Assembly: GCA_963822585.1 (NCBI GenBank)
Contig: CAWGIE010000031.1
Coordinates: 32,001-96,000, forward strand
From: an uncultured bacterium
GTDB taxonomy: Bacteria; Auribacterota; Erginobacteria; Erginobacterales; Erginobacteraceae
DNA: 64,000 bases
Reading direction: 5' to 3'
Below, piece after piece: positions 1 to 10,642 of this stretch. How positions within the stretch are numbered: the stretch's first letter is position 1; each line of letters opens with the position of its first letter. The notes beneath the pieces are model-generated. The model was not told the origin of the DNA. It did not search any database and worked only from the letters and a program-made list of their open reading frames with translations. The position numbers and the translations under genes are program-made.

Positions 1-1522
1 CGAACCAGGCATAGCCGACAAATCTTCTCCGGTTTTTTCCCCGGGACGATGATACCAGAGCGCCCGTCGCCGCGGCCAGGCAGGGCAGGCCCAGACCCGC
101 CAGCCAGATGGTGTATCTCGACATGTGGTTATGACCGGGGGGCAACGCGAAGAACATCACCAGGCAGACAAAGAACAGATCGGGCAGATAGGCGGCTGGC
201 GGGGTGACGGTTCCATTTCTTCCTTTTCTCCAGCGGGCCAGAAGCAGCCAGAGCACCGCGGGGATGCTCAGCAACCAGGCGAACCCCAATCCCCCCCGGC
301 GCGAGTCATAAACATAGTTGCCTTCTTCCCCCGGACGCAGACAGCTGACCCAGTTGGCGAGAACCCGCTCCGCCTGGTTCCAGTCTTTGGTCCCCTCCCG
401 GTAGGGGGGGCGGAACTGCCGGGAGATATCAACCCCCGGGAAGATGACCCGGCCGGCGACCGCCACCCTCAGAGGATAAAGGGGATTCCCGGTCCTGATC
501 CAGTCCCGTGCCGTCCAGAAGCCGCCGACGACCAAAGCGATCAGGAAGACCGCCGCCAGAGCAAAAACCGCGCTGCGGGACGGGGGAGAAAACGGGAAGC
601 CGGAACCGGCAAGCCGGGCGCTCTTTCGCCGGGCGATCACCACCCGGGCGGCCATGACCAGGACGCCGGCGACGACCAGGAAGAGGCCGGTCCCCTTGGA
701 TCCGGCCGCCATTGCCAGTGCCGCTCCCAGACCGAGGCAGAGCGGCAGCGGGGACTGCCCCCGGTCAAGCCGTCGGGCCGTCGCGATCAGGAGGGCGAAG
801 AAGGCCAGGTAACAGGAGGCGGAAGCGGTATCCACCATCCCGGTCAGGGATTGGGCCAGGTTGATCGGCATATAGAGAAAGAGACACCCGGCGCCCAGGG
901 CGAAGCCGGCCGGGGCGCCCAGGGTGAGAGCGAGGGAGATGATCGCCAGCGCCCCCAGCGGGACGAAGATCAGGTTGACGGCGTTCAGGAGCCGGGAACA
1001 GGCGCAGGCTTTAAGAAATAAAAACCCGATCACCTCTATCGCCTTCGGGTACCCGTTCCAGGCGTAGGTGACGATCGGGCCCCAGTGCGTCGATGGATCG
1101 GCCTCGATCCAATGAACCCGTCCCTGCAGCATCCAGAAATGGATCGTCGGGGAGTGGTAGTAGTTTCCGTCATAGGAAAAATCGGGGAGGGTAGAGGCGA
1201 GGAACCAGAGCGCCAGGTAGAGGAGCACCGTTATGACCAGGAAGGCGATCGCGATCATCCCCGCCGGTCTTCTCCGGGGGAGGGCGGCTCCCCGCCGTAG
1301 TCGGACCAGGTACCCGGCGGCAACCGCCAGCGAAACCAGGGTCGCGATCAGGGCGAGCGGCCGGGTGATTCTCGCCCCTGCCAGACTCACCCCCAGGGTG
1401 AGAATCTCGATCCCGGCCAGAAAGAGCGAAAAAGCGGCGAGCAGCGCCAGAACCCCGCCGGTTCGGAACACCTCCCCGGAGAAGCGGGCGACGGCGACGG
1501 GCGGTTGTCCTTCCCGCGGCAT
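1..1522 (-). CDS. Polytopic membrane protein, putative GT-C glycosyltransferase (family 1); runs off the left edge (3' truncated)
   Basis: Absent from the ORF track, presumably because no stop lies in the window. Manual translation from ATG 1522 gives MPREGQPP...LPDFSYDGNYYHSPTIHFWMLQGRVHW...AWNGYPKAIEVIG...SKGTG...RTGNPLYP...PPGHNHMSRY, colinear with 4814..6853 (DGLWYHNPTLHFW, WNGYMKG, AKGT, TGSPLYP, PPRHNHKARY). Confidence 0.8.
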   Translation of the reverse strand, partial: MPREGQPPVAVARFSGEVFRTGGVLALLAAFSLFLAGIEILTLGVSLAGARITRPLALIATLVSLAVAAGYLVRLRRGAALPRRRPAGMIAIAFLVITVLLYLALWFLASTLPDFSYDGNYYHSPTIHFWMLQGRVHWIEADPSTHWGPIVTYAWNGYPKAIEVIGFLFLKACACSRLLNAVNLIFVPLGALAIISLALTLGAPAGFALGAGCLFLYMPINLAQSLTGMVDTASASCYLAFFALLIATARRLDRGQSPLPLCLGLGAALAMAAGSKGTGLFLVVAGVLVMAARVVIARRKSARLAGSGFPFSPPSRSAVFALAAVFLIALVVGGFWTARDWIRTGNPLYPLRVAVAGRVIFPGVDISRQFRPPYREGTKDWNQAERVLANWVSCLRPGEEGNYVYDSRRGGLGFAWLLSIPAVLWLLLARWRKGRNGTVTPPAAYLPDLFFVCLVMFFALPPGHNHMSRYTIWLAGLGLPCLAAATGALVSSSRGKNRRRFVGYAWF

Positions 1523-1523
1523 C

Positions 1524-3131
1524 TCAGTCCCCTCCCCCGGCATCCGGCGGGTCGATCATCCCCGCCCGGTCCCGGTACTCGGGAGCAATGTACCGTTGGG
1601 GAAGGACCGGCGGATCCGTCGACCGCTTCGGGCGGTAGTTCATTTCCTTCCCGTCAACGATCCAGGCGGCGTCCCGGATGAACGGGGTAAAACAGAATAA
1701 GTCCTTTCGGGAAAATACCCACTGATACGTCCCTCGGAAAAACCGTCCCATGTCTTCATTCCAGCAGAGGGGCGACAGGTAGGAAGTGATCCCATCCGGC
1801 AGGGCCACCGGTTGGGAAGGGGTTATCTCCCCCTGCTCGATCCCCCGGCGAAGCCGGGCAAGAAGCGCCTTCTGCGGGGCCAACTCATGGTCGAGAACGG
1901 CAACCGCTCTTCTGCCCGCGATCACATTGAGCGCCGCGGCCAGAACCAGGAGCAGGCAAATCCCTTTTCGGAGGGGCGCCGACCGGACCAGCCGATCGAC
2001 GACGAGGGCGCCCATCAACGCCAGAAAAGCGTTGGCGATGTACTGGTACCGGAACTGGAGGAAGAGATCGTCGAAATTCTCGGTGGTGGAACGGCCGAGG
2101 GCGAGAACGAAGAAACCGGTCGCGTAAAAAAAGAACAGCCACCCCAGAAAAGGGGGGACTTTCCGGCGGGCCGGCCGGGAGGATGAAACCGCGATGAGGA
2201 GGATACTGGAGACAACCCCGATCGCGATGACAACCGTTCTCAATAGGGCGGGGCTCCAGGCCAGAGCCGGCCCCCCCATCTCGATGTTATGAGAAAGAAC
2301 GACCGGGGAGGCGATAAAGGGCATCAGGTTGACCAGGAACCCGTTGTAGATGAGGTTAAAGAAGACCGCGCAGAGGCTGAGGAGTATCTCCATGAGTCCG
2401 GGCGCATTCAGTGAACCGGAAGTGTGGGGGACAGCCCGGGTGATCAGGTAAATCAGAAAATAGGCTCCGTATACCGTCCCCACCGTCAGCAGCACGGGGC
2501 GACGGAAGGTTTTACCTCTCCCCGAGATCAGGAGGATGCCGATCGGCCAGAGGACATACAGCTCGAGACAGAGCAGGGAGAGGAGAAACAGGCAACCGAC
2601 GGGGATGAGAAGCAGCTTCTCCCCGCCGGCACGGTACCGCAGGAAGAGAATGAGCCCGAAAAGGAATGAGGAAAAACCGAGCGGCATGGTGGCGTGGAAC
2701 GTCCAGGAAACAATATCGAAATGGGTGAAGAGGACGGAAAAGAACAACAGGAAGAACGCCAGAATGGTCGCCCGGATACCGAGTTGCCGGCCCAGTCGGT
2801 AGAGCAGGATAATACTCAGAAAGTATAACGAGAAATTAACCAGGTGATAGGAGAGAAAGTCGGCGGCAAAGAGGCGATGCTCGAGGTAAAGAAACGGGTG
2901 TGCCAGGGGCCGAAAGGTGCCGTCACGCCAGGGATCGTGATTGATGATGAACGAAAAACCGGGCGGACCGGGAGAGGCGTCGACCAGCTGGAACGCGTAG
3001 AGCGCCGACCACCAGTCGCTCCGAAGAGGGTTGGTGAAGGAAGGGGCGAAAATGAAGACGAGAACGGCCAGGAGAAGGGCAAAATACCCGACAACCTTCC
3101 CGCGGGATATGTTTTTTGTATCCGTTCTCAT
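1524..3131 (-). CDS. Polytopic membrane protein, putative GT-C glycosyltransferase (family 2)
   Basis: Many hydrophobic helices; acidic loop after TM1 (SDWW), then DPWRDGTFRPL, FRYQY and C-terminal LCWNEDMGRFFRGTYQWVF. Paralog of 3300..4817 and 29547..31274. Confidence 0.7.
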   Translation of the reverse strand: MRTDTKNISRGKVVGYFALLLAVLVFIFAPSFTNPLRSDWWSALYAFQLVDASPGPPGFSFIINHDPWRDGTFRPLAHPFLYLEHRLFAADFLSYHLVNFSLYFLSIILLYRLGRQLGIRATILAFFLLFFSVLFTHFDIVSWTFHATMPLGFSSFLFGLILFLRYRAGGEKLLLIPVGCLFLLSLLCLELYVLWPIGILLISGRGKTFRRPVLLTVGTVYGAYFLIYLITRAVPHTSGSLNAPGLMEILLSLCAVFFNLIYNGFLVNLMPFIASPVVLSHNIEMGGPALAWSPALLRTVVIAIGVVSSILLIAVSSSRPARRKVPPFLGWLFFFYATGFFVLALGRSTTENFDDLFLQFRYQYIANAFLALMGALVVDRLVRSAPLRKGICLLLVLAAALNVIAGRRAVAVLDHELAPQKALLARLRRGIEQGEITPSQPVALPDGITSYLSPLCWNEDMGRFFRGTYQWVFSRKDLFCFTPFIRDAAWIVDGKEMNYRPKRSTDPPVLPQRYIAPEYRDRAGMIDPPDAGGGD

Positions 3132-3227
3132 CCCTGAATCCGATACTCTTTCATCATTCGCCTGCGTTTATTACCGGCGTATCGATTTCTCAATCTCTCG
3201 TCAGCGGCGATATCAGTGCGCCGGTTT

Positions 3228-3264
3228 TCCAACACTCCATCATTCCAATACTCCATCACTCCAT
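3228..3264. repeat. Short tandem repeat, about 8-bp unit ACTCCA(T/A)(C/T), intergenic
   Basis: tccaacactccatcattccaatactccatcactccat; a degenerate relative lies near 25673-25703. Confidence 0.6.
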
Positions 3265-3299
3265 ATTAAATCAGCCCCTGATTATAGTGATCCGACCTC

Positions 3300-4817
3300 T
3301 CATCGCTTTACATACACTCCCCTCTCCAGGTCGATTGTCCAGTAGGCGTCTTCGGGATGCCGGCTGAAACAGGCCAGATCCTTCGGGGAGAAGATCCACT
3401 GATAAGTCCCCCACATCTTCCTCCCCATACCCCGGTTCCAGCAGAGCCGGGGAAAAGTCGTGGCAAAACCGTCCGAGAGATAAAGCCGGCGCCCCGGAGA
3501 GATATCGCCGCTCTCGATCCCGGACCGGATGTTGCTCAGCAGTTCCCGGAGAGGAGCGAGCCGGCGGGTGACAGTGCCGATATGACTATAGGTATAAAAG
3601 GCATTGGCCAGGAAGACGGCCAGGAGGAAAAAGGCCAGAATCAGCTTCTGCTTCCGGGACCGGCGGAAAAAAGTCGAAATGATTATCGCGGCGAAAAGCG
3701 CCAGCAACGCGTTGGGGATCAGCTGATAGCGGAACTGCCTCAGGACATGGCTGAAATCGGTGGTCGTCGAGCGGGCGATAACGAGAAGGGAAAAATTTGT
3801 CAGGTAGAGGAAACCGATAAAAGCGGAAGAGATCAGAGTCCGCCGGCGCCGGTCCCGCAACAGGCGAACGACTATAAAACAGATCAGAAACAGGGTCAGG
3901 ATGGCACCGCCGTAAACAACCGGCAACATCCGATCGGTCATTCTGATCGGGAGAATCCCCAGCATCTCGCTGTAACCCCGGTAGCGGCCGGGGATGGCCA
4001 GGCGGGGAAAAAGATTGACTCCGATGCCGGTGTAAAAAATGTTGAAAAGGACCAGGAGAGGACTGCGGAAGATCGGGGAAAGGGAGGGCTGGGCCAGTTC
4101 TCCGGAAAGATACGCGGTCCGGCGGCTGAGAACGAATACGCATCCGTATAAAAGATAAATCCCGGCCAGCAATAAAACCGACCGGCCGATTACCTGCCTG
4201 CCCTCCCCCGGCCGGGGCCGATTCCGCAGAAGGATCAAGACCCCGAGGGGCCAGAACAAGAATGTTTCATAGCAGAACATCGAGATCAGAAATACAATCC
4301 CGGCCGGGAGGAGCAGATAAGAATTGCCGCCGTCGAGGTAGCGCAAATAAAGGATAAAACCGGCGATGAACCCGGCGAAGCCGGCCAGCAGGGCGATGTG
4401 GAAGGTGAGAGACAGAATATCGCACTGCGAGTAGAGCACCGCGAAAACTGCGAGGAATCCGCCCATCTCGAATTCTCTCGCCCCCAGCCGGCGGCCGAGG
4501 AAAAAGAGAAGAGGCAGGAGCAGACAGTAGCAGAAAAAGTTGGCCAGGTGATTCCAGACGAAATGACTGCCGAAAGCTACCTGCTCGAGAAACAGCATGG
4601 TGTAGAGGAGGGGCCGGAAGGTTCCGTGCCGCCAGGGATCGTGATTGATAATATAGGGCCAGGGGGAAAGAGCGGGATCCGCCCGGACCTGGTGGAAGGT
4701 GAAGAACGCCTCCCAGTAATCCACGTGCGGCGGGTTGGAGAAAGAAGGAAAGATGATCGCCCCCAGCACCAGATAAAGGAGCGCGAAATAGACGATCAAT
4801 CCGGGCCGCGGTCTCAT
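3300..4817 (-). CDS. Polytopic membrane protein, putative GT-C glycosyltransferase (family 2)
   Basis: NPPHVDYW...HDPWRHGTFRPL...QFRYQ...LCWNRGMGRKMWGTYQWIF; start overlaps the upstream stop (ATGA). Confidence 0.7.
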   Translation of the reverse strand: MRPRPGLIVYFALLYLVLGAIIFPSFSNPPHVDYWEAFFTFHQVRADPALSPWPYIINHDPWRHGTFRPLLYTMLFLEQVAFGSHFVWNHLANFFCYCLLLPLLFFLGRRLGAREFEMGGFLAVFAVLYSQCDILSLTFHIALLAGFAGFIAGFILYLRYLDGGNSYLLLPAGIVFLISMFCYETFLFWPLGVLILLRNRPRPGEGRQVIGRSVLLLAGIYLLYGCVFVLSRRTAYLSGELAQPSLSPIFRSPLLVLFNIFYTGIGVNLFPRLAIPGRYRGYSEMLGILPIRMTDRMLPVVYGGAILTLFLICFIVVRLLRDRRRRTLISSAFIGFLYLTNFSLLVIARSTTTDFSHVLRQFRYQLIPNALLALFAAIIISTFFRRSRKQKLILAFFLLAVFLANAFYTYSHIGTVTRRLAPLRELLSNIRSGIESGDISPGRRLYLSDGFATTFPRLCWNRGMGRKMWGTYQWIFSPKDLACFSRHPEDAYWTIDLERGVYVKR

Positions 4818-6853
4818 CGGGACATCTCCCCTCCGGTCCCGGACGCCGGTTCTCGGTCCGGATCGACGACCAGCACGTAGAACCAGCCGGGGACCAGGTC
4901 CCAGAGAAGGGCAGCGTCCCCCAACGCCCGGGGGACGGGGATGTTGCAGTTCCAGACCACGTATTTCACCTTCCGCTCCCCGATAAAACGGCTGAGCTTT
5001 TCGGGATCGGCGGCCGTCTCCCGGTCAAGAAAATATATCCTCCGCCGCCCGAATGACTCCCCCTGGGTGAGGTGGCCCACGATCTCCCTCTGTTCCGGGA
5101 AACTGTTCAATTCTCCGATCGCGACCGGTTCCTGATAAGGGAATATCCTCCGGAAGATACTCTCCTTGAGCTTGGGAAGGAAATACCCCGGTGGGTACGG
5201 TTCGACGGCCGCGCGCATTATGTGATCAGCCCGGAAATTTCCTTCCCAGACACCCTGACGATAGATGGATATCCTTCGGACCTGAGAGGAGAAGCTATAG
5301 AGGCCCTCGGCGAGAAAAACAGCTATCACCAGAATTATCCACACTCGCCCCAGTCTTCGACGGGAAGACGATGATGTCTGCCATACTTTTTCAGCGACCA
5401 GCGCAAAGGAAGGGAGCCCGATGCCGTATAACCAGATAATGTAGCGTGCCTTGTGATTATGTCGGGGCGGCATGGCGAAAAAGATAATTCCCGCCATAAT
5501 CAGAATACCGATCCAGGCGGAAACTACAGATGGAGATAATTCAGCCCCAGTTCTCCGGCCGGTCATATGCCGTCTGATAACCCTCCAGAGAATCCATAGG
5601 ATCGCGGGGATACATCCGAAAAGCCAGAGCAATCCAATTCCCCCCGAATTGTGGGAGACTTCCGTGAGGGCGATCCGCCAGTCATCCGGACTGTCAAGCC
5701 AGCTGTAGATAATCCGGAATACCTGGGGCCAATATTTGTTAACCGGCGTATCCGGAGGGGGGAACTGAAAAGGGATCTCAACACCGGGAAAGATTGTTCT
5801 CCCGCCCAGGCTGAAACCGATCGGATATAGCGGACTGCCGGTATGAATATAGTTGCGGATGTACCAGTATCCTCCGATCAAAAGTGCGATTGCCATCACC
5901 AGGGCAATAAATATCACTCCCCATTTCATGTTCAATCTCTTCGATCTGTGATTTCCAGCCGCCCGGATCCAGTAAACCCCGAGGAGAACCGGGACAACCA
6001 GGAATAAAACCGCCGCCGTTCCTTTAGCGCTGATGGCCAATCCGAGAGCACACCCCAGAGCCGGAAGAAACTTCCCGGGGTATCGACCAACCTCGAGTTC
6101 ACGGATGGTATAGGCCATAACGGCGAATAGAGCGATATAGAAAGAAGCCACCCCGGCATCGATATATAAGTTGACCGCGTGGTTGATGACATTGGGGACA
6201 AAGAGAAAGAGCACACCGGTGGACGCCGCCATGAAACGGCCGGCGCCGAAAAGACGGGACAGAGCGGCGATCCCCAGACAGCCGAGAGGGATCAGGATCA
6301 GATTAATGCCGTTGAGGAGGCGGCTTATCCCGACAGCGCTAAGGAAGAGAAATCCGAGAACTTCCACCCCTTTCATGTAGCCGTTCCAGGAATAATCTAT
6401 GAGATCATTCCAGAAAGGCTCGACATCGACTGTGATCCAGTGGATACGCCCTTTCAAGGCCCAGAAGTGAAGAGTGGGATTGTGATACCAGAGGCCGTCA
6501 TTCTCCGCATCGGGAAGAATATACGCCAGAATCCAAAGCAGCAGATAAAAGGCCAGTCCGGCCGCCGCCAGCCACCTGATTTCCGGTCGGCGGAGAACAA
6601 GTATAAACTTGCGGCAATCCCCTCCGACCCGCCGGTAGTAAATCAGGGCCGCCGCGACGGAGAGGACGATAATAGCCAGGGAAACCGGGGGAGTAAAAAA
6701 TATTCCCAACCCGCTGAAGAGAATGGTAAGGAATGCCGCGGCACCGTAAAACACCAGAGCGCCGGCCAGAACCGGGAAAATGATCACCCCCGGTTTTTCA
6801 GGAGATGCAAAACCGACCGGTGGATAATCATGTCTTTTCTGATGCAGAACCAT
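4814..6853 (-). CDS. Polytopic membrane protein, putative GT-C (ArnT/PMT-like) glycosyltransferase (family 1)
   Basis: More than 12 hydrophobic segments, DxxxYH loop (DGLWYH), YID, AKGT, WYIRNYIHTGSP and a soluble C-terminal domain. Confidence 0.7.
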   Translation of the reverse strand: MVLHQKRHDYPPVGFASPEKPGVIIFPVLAGALVFYGAAAFLTILFSGLGIFFTPPVSLAIIVLSVAAALIYYRRVGGDCRKFILVLRRPEIRWLAAAGLAFYLLLWILAYILPDAENDGLWYHNPTLHFWALKGRIHWITVDVEPFWNDLIDYSWNGYMKGVEVLGFLFLSAVGISRLLNGINLILIPLGCLGIAALSRLFGAGRFMAASTGVLFLFVPNVINHAVNLYIDAGVASFYIALFAVMAYTIRELEVGRYPGKFLPALGCALGLAISAKGTAAVLFLVVPVLLGVYWIRAAGNHRSKRLNMKWGVIFIALVMAIALLIGGYWYIRNYIHTGSPLYPIGFSLGGRTIFPGVEIPFQFPPPDTPVNKYWPQVFRIIYSWLDSPDDWRIALTEVSHNSGGIGLLWLFGCIPAILWILWRVIRRHMTGRRTGAELSPSVVSAWIGILIMAGIIFFAMPPRHNHKARYIIWLYGIGLPSFALVAEKVWQTSSSSRRRLGRVWIILVIAVFLAEGLYSFSSQVRRISIYRQGVWEGNFRADHIMRAAVEPYPPGYFLPKLKESIFRRIFPYQEPVAIGELNSFPEQREIVGHLTQGESFGRRRIYFLDRETAADPEKLSRFIGERKVKYVVWNCNIPVPRALGDAALLWDLVPGWFYVLVVDPDREPASGTGGEMSR

Positions 6854-6891
6854 CGGGATAAATAATGAAGCTTTCCCATGACAGATGCTTG

Positions 6892-8052
6892 CTATTCCGT
6901 TGCCGCCAATGTACCCAGGTCAAACCGCGGACCGGACTTTTTTTCTGCCGGATCGTAGAGAAAAGCAAAAAGTTCATAAGAGATCGGTGCCGCGTCGAGA
7001 TCGATAGTAATGACATCAAATACCCCTTTCTTCCAGCTGGAAGTACGCGGAAAAATCTTCAAGGACCATTTCTCCGCCTTCTTGCCGGCGTTTCTCTGCG
7101 ATTCGGAGAGATACTTCCTGTCTTCGGGAGAAACCAGTCCATAAATGATAATACGGTAATCACGATCAATATCCTCGGTAGCCCGGGAGAGGAGTTGGAG
7201 GCGAAACCGGGATGGACTGATCCGCGATATTCTCGCTCCATAGTATTCGATCCCATCCTGCACCTTATCTTTCGGAGAAAGAGCGCCGGTCACCTCCCGG
7301 TACCGTCTTCTCACCATATCCGCCGCCGGACCGGACCGAGCATGGCAGTACTGGAGCCAATCCCAGAGTTGGAAAGGATCGTTTTCCGCAGTGATCTCTT
7401 CCCGGTCGAGGTTAAGCTGATTAATCTGTCCCAAAACTCCCAGGGAGACTGTCTCCCCGTGACTCCCTTCCGAGGTGGAAAGAGTCATCCGCATTTCCAG
7501 AGGAAGATCAGGAGCCGTTATGTCATACCGGATCACTATGTACTCTCCGGGCTGCCAGAATTTAGTTGGTGGCAAGGGATTAAAATGCCACTTCATATAC
7601 CCTTTTTTTCGGTCCGGTTCCGGAAGCAAATCGGAATCAGGGAGACGCCCTCCAATGGTAATACCACACTTCAAATTTAATTTTTCAATAACCCGGAAAA
7701 GGAAATAAAGGCGATACCGATCCTTCCCTATCTTTTCGTAGTCAAATGCCGCCAGTTCAACTTCGTCACAAAGTTTGCCTAACTTCTCCCCCCGGGATTC
7801 CAGCTTATCGACCAGAAGTTGCCATTTTTCCTCTAGAGCTTTCTCGACCTTCTTAGATTTTTTCAAGGCCACCGCATAGTTAGAACGCGTGGTATTCAGA
7901 GTAATCAGATCATCCGCCGCCGCGATTTCTCTCAGATACGCCTGCTCATCATAGATCATGGGAGGAAAGGAGTATTCATCCCGATCCGGGGAACAAGCCC
8001 AGGACAAAGATATGATCATAGTTATTCCGATTGAATAGATAAATAGTCTCAT
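6892..8052 (-). CDS. Putative lipoprotein with two internal repeats of about 190 aa (paralog of 17619..18881)
   Basis: Likely start MRLFIYSIGITMIISLSWA-C (lipobox-like) at 8052; the ORF-track start is 8118. Repeat motif AFDYxKIGKDRYRLxxL...PPTKFWQPGE recurs as RISPSRFRL...PRTSSWKKG. Confidence 0.65.
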   Translation of the reverse strand: MRLFIYSIGITMIISLSWACSPDRDEYSFPPMIYDEQAYLREIAAADDLITLNTTRSNYAVALKKSKKVEKALEEKWQLLVDKLESRGEKLGKLCDEVELAAFDYEKIGKDRYRLYFLFRVIEKLNLKCGITIGGRLPDSDLLPEPDRKKGYMKWHFNPLPPTKFWQPGEYIVIRYDITAPDLPLEMRMTLSTSEGSHGETVSLGVLGQINQLNLDREEITAENDPFQLWDWLQYCHARSGPAADMVRRRYREVTGALSPKDKVQDGIEYYGARISRISPSRFRLQLLSRATEDIDRDYRIIIYGLVSPEDRKYLSESQRNAGKKAEKWSLKIFPRTSSWKKGVFDVITIDLDAAPISYELFAFLYDPAEKKSGPRFDLGTLAATE

Positions 8053-8114
8053 AATGTATGTATTTCCTTGTTTTTCCTCAATTGACTTAATTAAAACATA
8101 AAGCTTCTCTCTTA

Positions 8115-9275
8115 TCACATTTCTTTCTTCCCCGCGAGTTCCCGCAGATACTTCAGGAACCTCCCGGCGATCTCATCCCATCCAACAAAACTTTCCTCCA
8201 GCCGCTTCCTCCCGTCCTCAACCAGGGAGTCGGCCAGCCGAGGATCGTTCCGGAGACGGCTGATCGTAGCCATGATGGAATCGGCCTTCCAAGGGTCAAA
8301 GTAACAAGCTGCCGCGCCGCAGACCTCGTGAGCGAAATCCAGGTCGCTGGTGAGGATCGGCACCCCGAAATGCATCGCTTCCAAATAGCTAACACTGAAT
8401 GATTCCATTAGCGTGGGCATCAAGAGGGCGTCCATCCGAAGGTAATAATCGGCCAGTTCCGACTGCGGAATAGGTCCAAGGTTAATAATTGATCCATCCA
8501 ATTTTTTTCGTCGGATAGAGGCCAGAAGCTTTTTTACTGCCGGATGTTGATCTTCCGACACGGTAATAAATAAAACAACCTGTTTTAATTCCTTCCGGAA
8601 ACGGTCGAAAAGATCGACCAGCATTTCGATATTCTTATGAGAGTAGTATTTTGTGAGATAAAAAAGCTTAAAATAATCGGAAAATGGTTTCAACATTTCC
8701 GGAGGGATTTCATCCGGACCATCACCCCGGATGAATTCCGAAACGGCATTGGAGAGAGTAACACATTTACCATGATAACCATAAAGCCGGCGGATTCGAT
8801 CTTTCACCGTGCGGGTCTGAGTAAAAAGTAGACCGGTTCGTTTGAGGTCACCCGAGAAGACTTTACGACGGAGATAATTATCAAGCAACTCTCCCGCGGT
8901 AACGGTCGGGCCAAAGTTTCGTCGGGGATATATTAAACACGGATTATTAAAGAAAATCGCCTGGGGGAAATGAGTCCTTCCATGATACCCGAGGCTCCCT
9001 AAACCCACAACAACATCTGGCTGGAATCGACTCAAGACTTCCGGCAATAAATATCGATCAAAGCGCCACCGTTGGAGCCTGGTGCGTTCTTTCGGAAGAG
9101 AAATGAACTCGCCGTGCGGCAGAGAGCGGCAGGCCGTTTCGTAACCGAGCCCACCTGGGATAGTAACCAGATAATTCTCCCCCGGAGCGATCCTCCCCAG
9201 GCCGGCAATAAGATTTTTGCCCCGGAACATCCCACCGCCTACCCGAAGGGCATGTGCCAATAACGCGATTCTCAT
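8115..9275 (-). CDS. Glycosyltransferase family 4 (GT-B)
   Basis: HKNIEML and ESFSVSYLEAMHFGVPILTSD (EX7E motif). Likely start MRIALL at 9275; the ORF-track start is 9350. Confidence 0.9.
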   Translation of the reverse strand: MRIALLAHALRVGGGMFRGKNLIAGLGRIAPGENYLVTIPGGLGYETACRSLPHGEFISLPKERTRLQRWRFDRYLLPEVLSRFQPDVVVGLGSLGYHGRTHFPQAIFFNNPCLIYPRRNFGPTVTAGELLDNYLRRKVFSGDLKRTGLLFTQTRTVKDRIRRLYGYHGKCVTLSNAVSEFIRGDGPDEIPPEMLKPFSDYFKLFYLTKYYSHKNIEMLVDLFDRFRKELKQVVLFITVSEDQHPAVKKLLASIRRKKLDGSIINLGPIPQSELADYYLRMDALLMPTLMESFSVSYLEAMHFGVPILTSDLDFAHEVCGAAACYFDPWKADSIMATISRLRNDPRLADSLVEDGRKRLEESFVGWDEIAGRFLKYLRELAGKKEM

Positions 9276-9395
9276 TTTAATTCTCTTCCAATAAATATTA
9301 TCCCGTAAATAACCGCCGATTAATATAATATAACTATTATAATTGACCATGTATTGCTGATAGTAACAGCAACATTCTGTTCAAATTAAACCGAT

Positions 9396-10526
9396 CTATT
9401 TATAAATCCGGCCAGTAATCATGTCCCGATAAATTTTCTCGTATCGTTTGACCATTACTTTTACTGTCCAAGATTGTGCCTTCTCCTTCGCGGCCAACGC
9501 TCTATTACGATTGGCCTCAAGAGCTTGGCTAGAGAGTAGAGAAGACAGTTTGTTCCAGATCTCTTTTTTGTCTTGCGGATTGACCAAGCAACCAGTTGTC
9601 TCATCCATGATCTCCCGGTGAGCGGGGATATCCGAGACCAGAATAGGGCAGCCACAGGCCATTGCTTCCATCACTGTGTTCGGCATCCCTTCGTAATCGC
9701 TCAGGCTGACGAATAGATCTGCGCTCTTCATCATCGCCCAGATGGTTTCTGGCGTTACCATTCCGGCAAATCGAACCCGGTCTTCAACTTTGAGCCTCCG
9801 GACCTGAGCTTGAAGTTCATTTAACTCCTCCCCTTCGCCACAGATAAAAACAACCGGATTCAGCTCCGGGTCAAGCTTAGCTATGGCGGCAATAATTCGG
9901 TCAACCCGTTTCAGCCGGCGAAGTCTTCCGGCGTAAAGTACAAATTTTTGATTTTTCTCTATCCCCAACTCCCGGCGGCTGATAGGTTGCGCCCGATTGA
10001 TCTCCGGGAAAGGGAGACCATTGGAAACAACGTATTGTCGCTTATCCGGGTAAAGAAAGCGCCAGTATTCAGCCCCGCCGGCGGAGTTGGAGACAACGGC
10101 GGCAGCTTTAGCTCCCATCCGGGCGCGCAGCTTTGCTTTCCAGCCGGAGCGGTACGCTTCGCCACAACTGGGATCGCGGATTATCCACGAGCGGGCGTTG
10201 AGAATCGCCGCAATTCCGCCCAGAATATCCGTCTGGGGATTCCAGGTATGGATAATATCCGGTCGTACTTCGCGTATCAGCCGGTAGATCTGGATGATGA
10301 GACGGGGATCGTAGTTACTCCAGCCTCCCAGACGCTCAAGCTGGATATTTCGATTCCAGATCCCAGGTGGATTTTCTTTATCCTGAAGTGTGGCAACGAT
10401 AACCTCATGACCAAGTTCCATCAGACCATGAGAGAGATAACATAGTTGCCGCTCCGATCCGCCTGATTTAAGACGGGGAATTATCATCATAATCCGCAAG
10501 TTTATGGAATCTTGAATTTTCGACAT
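9396..10526 (-). CDS. Glycosyltransferase family 4 (GT-B)
   Basis: GGSERQ, AGRLRRLKR, EGMPNTVMEAMACGCPILVSDI. Confidence 0.92.
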   Translation of the reverse strand: MSKIQDSINLRIMMIIPRLKSGGSERQLCYLSHGLMELGHEVIVATLQDKENPPGIWNRNIQLERLGGWSNYDPRLIIQIYRLIREVRPDIIHTWNPQTDILGGIAAILNARSWIIRDPSCGEAYRSGWKAKLRARMGAKAAAVVSNSAGGAEYWRFLYPDKRQYVVSNGLPFPEINRAQPISRRELGIEKNQKFVLYAGRLRRLKRVDRIIAAIAKLDPELNPVVFICGEGEELNELQAQVRRLKVEDRVRFAGMVTPETIWAMMKSADLFVSLSDYEGMPNTVMEAMACGCPILVSDIPAHREIMDETTGCLVNPQDKKEIWNKLSSLLSSQALEANRNRALAAKEKAQSWTVKVMVKRYEKIYRDMITGRIYK

Positions 10527-10642
10527 TGGAATCTATCTATTACCTGCCGCCATTTAAGTTCCAGGATATAGCAACCGGGTAAACATTCGGTAAACCCGTT
10601 GTCTTATGCTTCATACCGATTAATAGGTGCTTCCTCAGATAC

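Noticed and set aside
125..1021. 298-aa plus-strand ORF
   Set aside because: Antisense shadow of the minus-strand gene 1..1522, which aligns with its paralog 4814..6853.
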